This document shows positions 59,734-64,000 of a stretch of DNA of 64,000 bases, in pieces. The notes beneath the pieces were generated by a model. The model had not been told where the DNA came from. It ran no database searches and saw only the letters and a list, made by a program, of their open reading frames with translations. The translations under genes were made by a program, and so were the position numbers. Position 1 is the first letter of the stretch. Every line of letters begins with the position of its first letter. Origin of the DNA: a bacterium (GTDB lineage Bacteria > SZUA-182 > DTGQ01 > JAFGSM01); the NCBI GenBank assembly GCA_049472335.1, contig JBLIRO010000003.1, forward strand, positions 64,001-128,000, in the 5' to 3' direction.

Positions 59734-61059
59734 ATGATGAATGCCATTGAGCTTATTGCAAAAAAGCGTGACGGAATGAAGTTATCTTATCCTGAGCTGG
59801 AATTCTTTGTATGCTCTTTTGTAAGTGGCCTGATACCCGATTATCAGATGGCAGCCATGCTCATGGCCATATACATTAAAGGTATGGATTATGATGAGAC
59901 TGCCTGGCTTACCGATGTTATGCTCAAATCCGGAGAAAAACTGACCTTTCCCTTGCCTGACAATTTATATGTTGATAAACATTCTACAGGGGGAGTCGGA
60001 GACAAACTTTCACTGATCCTGGCGCCGCTTTTGGCTTCCTGCGGAGCCAAAGTGCCCATGCTTTCCGGCAGGGGACTCGGACACACAGGGGGCACTTTGG
60101 ACAAACTCGAGTCTATTCCAGGGTTTAGAACCGATCTGTCAATTAAAGAATTTAAAGACATAGTGAATACAGTAGGCTGCGTTATTTCCGGCCAGACACC
60201 CCAAATCGCCCCTGCTGACAGAATTATGTATAACCTTCGTCACAGCACTTCCACGGTTGAATCCATACCGTTGATTTGCGCCTCCATACTTTCCAAAAAA
60301 TTCGCCGCAGGGTCAAAAAGTTTGGTTTTTGACGTAAAATGCGGTAATGGCGCGTTTATGAAAACCATGGATGAAGCTGAAGATCTGGCAAAAAATCTAA
60401 TAGAAGTGGGAAAGGCCATGGGAAAAACAGTCACGGCGTTTATCACTGATATGAATCAGCCATTGGGTTATTCCGCCGGCAATTTATTAGAGGTCACAGA
60501 ATCCATCGAGGCCCTCCTTGGTAAAATAAGCCCTGACCTTTATTATTTAACGCTTGCCATTGGGGCCGAAATGTTAATAATGGCGGGAATTAAAGAAGAT
60601 CGCAATAAGGCTTTCTCCATGCTTAAAGAGAGACTTAAAAAAAGATCAGCATTCGCCAAATTCGAGGAAATGGTATCGAAGCAGGGGGGTGATCTGACGA
60701 TATTCTCTCATCCGAACAGGATGCCGAAAGCCCCGGCCATAGGAACATACAAATCACCGGGCGATGGTTATTTACAGGCATTCGATACTGCCGGCCTGGG
60801 CCGCCTTATACTTGATATGGGGGGAGGGAGAAAGACAAAGGATGACAAGATCGACAATCTGGTTGGCCTGAAATTTTTTAAAAAGATCGGAAAAAATGTT
60901 TCCAGAGGCGAGGATTTGGTTGAGATCCACGCACAAAACGAAAACCAGCTAAATGAAACCATGGACCAAATGGAATCCCTGATAAAAATCGGACCTGATA
61001 AGGTCACCCAGCCACTTCTTGTTAAAAAAAGGATCGGGATCGATTTAAACCAATCATAA
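59734..61059 (+). CDS. pdp: Pyrimidine-nucleoside/thymidine phosphorylase
   Basis: KKRDG, DKHSTGGVGDK, SGRGLGHTGGTLDKLESIPG. Confidence 0.95.
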   Translation: MMNAIELIAKKRDGMKLSYPELEFFVCSFVSGLIPDYQMAAMLMAIYIKGMDYDETAWLTDVMLKSGEKLTFPLPDNLYVDKHSTGGVGDKLSLILAPLLASCGAKVPMLSGRGLGHTGGTLDKLESIPGFRTDLSIKEFKDIVNTVGCVISGQTPQIAPADRIMYNLRHSTSTVESIPLICASILSKKFAAGSKSLVFDVKCGNGAFMKTMDEAEDLAKNLIEVGKAMGKTVTAFITDMNQPLGYSAGNLLEVTESIEALLGKISPDLYYLTLAIGAEMLIMAGIKEDRNKAFSMLKERLKKRSAFAKFEEMVSKQGGDLTIFSHPNRMPKAPAIGTYKSPGDGYLQAFDTAGLGRLILDMGGGRKTKDDKIDNLVGLKFFKKIGKNVSRGEDLVEIHAQNENQLNETMDQMESLIKIGPDKVTQPLLVKKRIGIDLNQS

Positions 61060-61161
61060 AAAGATTTTAATACACTAAATCCATATGAGAAAAAATCAGA
61101 ATTTCTTTTTCATGTGAAATTCATAAAGTGCATAATTAAAGGACTTTTAGAAGAAATTATT

Positions 61162-61190
61162 TTGACAAAACAAGAAATAGGCATTAGAAT
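61162..61190 (+). promoter_or_regulatory. Candidate sigma70 promoter
   Basis: TTGACA-N17-TAGAAT, ~415 bp upstream of 61605. Confidence 0.6.
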
Positions 61191-61604
61191 TAATAATATA
61201 AAGCGTAATTTATTTAGGTACTAAATTATTATATAAAACAATCCAAAAAAGAATCAACCAAAACATTTTACCAAAAAAGGGATAGTTTGAATAATATTTT
61301 TTAAAGATTTTCCATATTATAAATTTGAATTTTCAGAAAAGGCAATTATGATAAAAATCTCTATTTATCATTAACTTTTAAGAATCCGATTTTATATCAT
61401 AATGAATATTCAAAAGTAACGTCTACTGTTAATAAGCCAACTAATAACTATCCCAAATCGATTATTAGTGGCGATGCCTGCCACTTAAAATCAAAATGTA
61501 ATAAGGAGGTGATGCCAAAAGCAAAAAAGTATGGTTTGGTTTTTGAGAGAACTTTATGATGTGATTAATAATTTAATAAAAAAAAAGGGGGGAGGGAGAA
61601 TATT

Positions 61605-62270
61605 ATGAATAGAAAGATTTTAAACCTATTATTCATAAGTTTAATCTCTGTTTGTTTAGTTGTTGGATTTTTAGGAAGAACGGCTATGGCTCAAGTTAGT
61701 GATACTGACAAATCAAAGTCAGGCAAGGCCTATGAGTATCAAGAACAATGCGTAGGTGGATGGTGTTCTACTATCGCCACTCAATATACAAGTATGTATG
61801 ACATGATGATGGGGAATTATTTCCCTAATGTAACTTATTCATCTACGCGTCCTGATATGGGTAGTTTGTTCACCGGCTCTGCCTCATCTTATTCCAGGGG
61901 CAGCGCTACCGGAGGCCTTTTTACGGGACCGATGTTTTCATTTCCGACTAATCCATATTCTTATATGATGGGTGCGACACTGGCTCCTCAGTATGAAACC
62001 GCCTCAAACTATAGTCCATGGGGCGGTAGTATGAATTATTCATCCATGTATGCACCAGCTGGATTTGGAGGATCGGGATTTAGGCTGGGTCCTTTTAGTA
62101 GTATGGGTTATGGTGGTTATGGCGGATACGGCGGCTACGGCGGTTATGGCGGTTATGGCGGATACGGCACTGGCGGCTATGGCGGATACGGTGGTTATGG
62201 CGGTTATGGCGGCTATGGTGGTTTTGGTGGTTTTGGTGGTTTTGGTGGCTTTCCAACAATGATTATCTAA
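61605..62270 (+). CDS. Secreted Gly/Tyr-rich protein with (GGY)n(GGF)n tail
   Basis: GGAGG RBS, signal peptide AMA-Q, own terminator. Confidence 0.85.
   Translation: MNRKILNLLFISLISVCLVVGFLGRTAMAQVSDTDKSKSGKAYEYQEQCVGGWCSTIATQYTSMYDMMMGNYFPNVTYSSTRPDMGSLFTGSASSYSRGSATGGLFTGPMFSFPTNPYSYMMGATLAPQYETASNYSPWGGSMNYSSMYAPAGFGGSGFRLGPFSSMGYGGYGGYGGYGGYGGYGGYGTGGYGGYGGYGGYGGYGGFGGFGGFGGFPTMII
62106..62252 (+). repeat. 9-bp coding tandem repeat (GGY/GGF)
   Basis: GGYGGNTAY units with synonymous variation, ending in GGTGGTTTT units. Confidence 0.9.
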
Positions 62271-62297
62271 ATTTTGTGAATTTTACTTAGGTCATCT

Positions 62298-62337
62298 AAA
62301 GACTCCTTCCCTTTTAAAAGAGGGAAGGGGTCTTTTC
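62298..62337 (+). terminator. Intrinsic terminator
   Basis: AAAGACTCCTTCCCT...AGGGAAGGGGTCTTT followed by T residues. Confidence 0.8.
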
Positions 62338-62403
62338 TATAATATAATCACATCATGACATTTATTGTTCTTTTTTCTTACTAAATTCATCATACTACAA
62401 AAT

Positions 62404-62466
62404 ATAATCTATTCTTTTGTGTAATCCATTCTTTTTTAATCTATTCTCTTGTAATCCATTCTCTTG
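62404..62466. repeat. Four short direct repeats TAATCYATTCT
   Basis: Units spaced 15-17 bp, directly upstream of TTGACA at 62467. Confidence 0.7.
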
Positions 62467-62496
62467 TTGACAAACCCTCTTTTTTGTTTTTATACT
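62467..62496 (+). promoter_or_regulatory. Candidate sigma70 promoter
   Basis: TTGACA-N18-TATACT. Confidence 0.55.
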
Positions 62497-62625
62497 CTCT
62501 TCAAATATAATCAGAATTAATGTTTTTATCTTTGCTATGATCATTAACACAATCCCCTACTGTTTAAAATTTTTAAAGGATCTGAGAAAACACCTCGAAT
62601 CGCTTATTTATGAAAGGACTGTAAT

Positions 62626-64000
62626 ATGGTATCACTTATAAGACATATTCTGGATATAACAAAACAGTATGGGGAAAAACCGGCTTTCATCTATTATAAA
62701 AAGGGTGAAGAAAAAATCCTTTCATACAATGGATTCAGAAGGCTGATCTATGCCTTTTCACAGACTATTCAGGAAAAGGACATCTCACCTCACAGCCTTG
62801 TACTTCTTGTAGGGGAAAATTCTCCCAAGTGGCCCGCCGCTTATCTGGGAGCGCATCTTTGTGGTCATACTGTTATTCACGGAGATATCAGGTTCACGGA
62901 AATCGAGTTCAGAAACATCCTTAATTTCACCGGGCCTTCACTCATTTTATGTGACAAAAAATTTGAAGGATATTTTAAAGATTATGAAAAAAAGATCCTT
63001 CTGGATGATATCTCCCCTCTATCCTCTGATAATGAGATAAATATATCTTATCTTGATAACGTCCAGCCCATGTCGATCATACTCACCTCAGGCACCACCG
63101 GAAATCCAAAGGGGGTTATGCTGAGTGAATCCAATTTTATGTCCAATCTCAGAATGTTCGAATCAATGAAAGACCTTGTATCTTCAAAGGACAAAATTGT
63201 AGCCATACTCCCTCTTCACCATGTCTATCCTTTCACGTGCACGGTTTTGGCGCCTGTTTATTTTGGCGCTACACTTATTTATCCCGCGTCATTGAAGGGA
63301 GAGGACATCTTCGGGGCCATAAAAAAACACGAAGGGACGATACTCATTGCCATACCGAGGGTCCTGGAGTTATTTTGCAGCAATGTATTTGATAAGGTTT
63401 CGCTATTACCCAAGGGAAAGAAATTCCTTTTCAAAGGCCTGTATTTTTTTTCAAGACTATCTACTTGTTCAGGGATAAGGTCCGGTAAGATCCTTTTCCA
63501 TTCCATTCACAGAAATTTTCCTTCTTTTCGTTACTTTGCCTGTGGCGGGGCGCCATTGGATGTTATGGTCCATAAAAGACTCAACACACTGGGATTCAAG
63601 ATTATTGAGGCATACGGTTTAAGTGAGACATCTCCCATTGCCGCCATGAATAGCCTTAAAAGGCCTGTTCCCGGTTCTGTGGGACAACCTGCCCCGGGTG
63701 TTGAAATAAAATTAGAAAAAAAGGATCCCGTGCTGCAGCATGGCGAAATATGCATCAAAGGGCCCAATGTGATGATGGGATATTACAAGAGGCCTGACCT
63801 TACTGAAAAGGTCGTTATTAACGGATGGTTTCATTCGGGAGACCTCGGCTATTCTGATCCGAAGGGAAATATCTTCATAACAGGCAGGAAGGATGAGGTT
63901 ATTGTCCTCTCAAACGGCAAAAATATCTATCCTGAAGAGCTGGAAAAACATTACGGACAGAGTCGGAAGATAAAAGAGATATGTATCATTTTGTTGAAGG
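62626..64000 (+). CDS. 3'-truncated AMP-binding long-chain acyl-CoA ligase (absent from the ORF track)
   Basis: AAGGA RBS, ATG 62626, in-frame LTSGTTGNPKGVML, EAYGLSET, SGDLG, GRKDE. Runs off the window end. Confidence 0.92.
   Translation, partial: MVSLIRHILDITKQYGEKPAFIYYKKGEEKILSYNGFRRLIYAFSQTIQEKDISPHSLVLLVGENSPKWPAAYLGAHLCGHTVIHGDIRFTEIEFRNILNFTGPSLILCDKKFEGYFKDYEKKILLDDISPLSSDNEINISYLDNVQPMSIILTSGTTGNPKGVMLSESNFMSNLRMFESMKDLVSSKDKIVAILPLHHVYPFTCTVLAPVYFGATLIYPASLKGEDIFGAIKKHEGTILIAIPRVLELFCSNVFDKVSLLPKGKKFLFKGLYFFSRLSTCSGIRSGKILFHSIHRNFPSFRYFACGGAPLDVMVHKRLNTLGFKIIEAYGLSETSPIAAMNSLKRPVPGSVGQPAPGVEIKLEKKDPVLQHGEICIKGPNVMMGYYKRPDLTEKVVINGWFHSGDLGYSDPKGNIFITGRKDEVIVLSNGKNIYPEELEKHYGQSRKIKEICIILLK

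Noticed and set aside
62050..62262. Hydrophobic VMA-repeat ORF
   Set aside because: Alternate frame of the GGY repeat, whose variation is synonymous in the main frame.

Overview
Bacterial, AT-rich window with deltaproteobacterial-like gene content. (1) 1-18.7 kb (+) is the distal part of an extracellular contractile injection system (eCIS/Afp/PVC-like) locus: an IPT/TIG protein, a secreted protein, an ATPase partner, an Afp15-like AAA ATPase, an HExxH protein, a 1474-aa DUF4157 protein with a toxin-like tip and probable immunity gene, a YkgJ Cys-cluster protein and a five-domain glycosyl/methyltransferase. No sheath, tube or baseplate genes are inside the window. The two candidate cargo proteins share a basic N-terminus and an identical FYSAGPVFGL motif, and an orphan leader-like ORF lies upstream of them. 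(2) 18.7-26.4 kb holds a converging sigma54 module (atypical-receiver enhancer-binding protein, candidate UAS, -24/-12 promoter, DUF3467, LVIVD protein), a desulfurase/DUF3343 pair and a transglutaminase-like lipoprotein. (3) 26.4-48.9 kb holds a split glycine cleavage system (gcvH-PA-PB, Nox/CoADR-like flavoprotein, lipB-lipA fusion, and a distant gcvT-glyA fusion), interrupted by a hicB pseudogene and a HEAT-repeat chemosensory cluster. (4) 48.9-64 kb holds kinase-like proteins, secreted proteins, two acyl-CoA ligases, deoC, pdp and a (GGY)n protein. No rRNA, tRNA, CRISPR or transposase was recognised. All family calls come from motif recognition by eye, not database searches.
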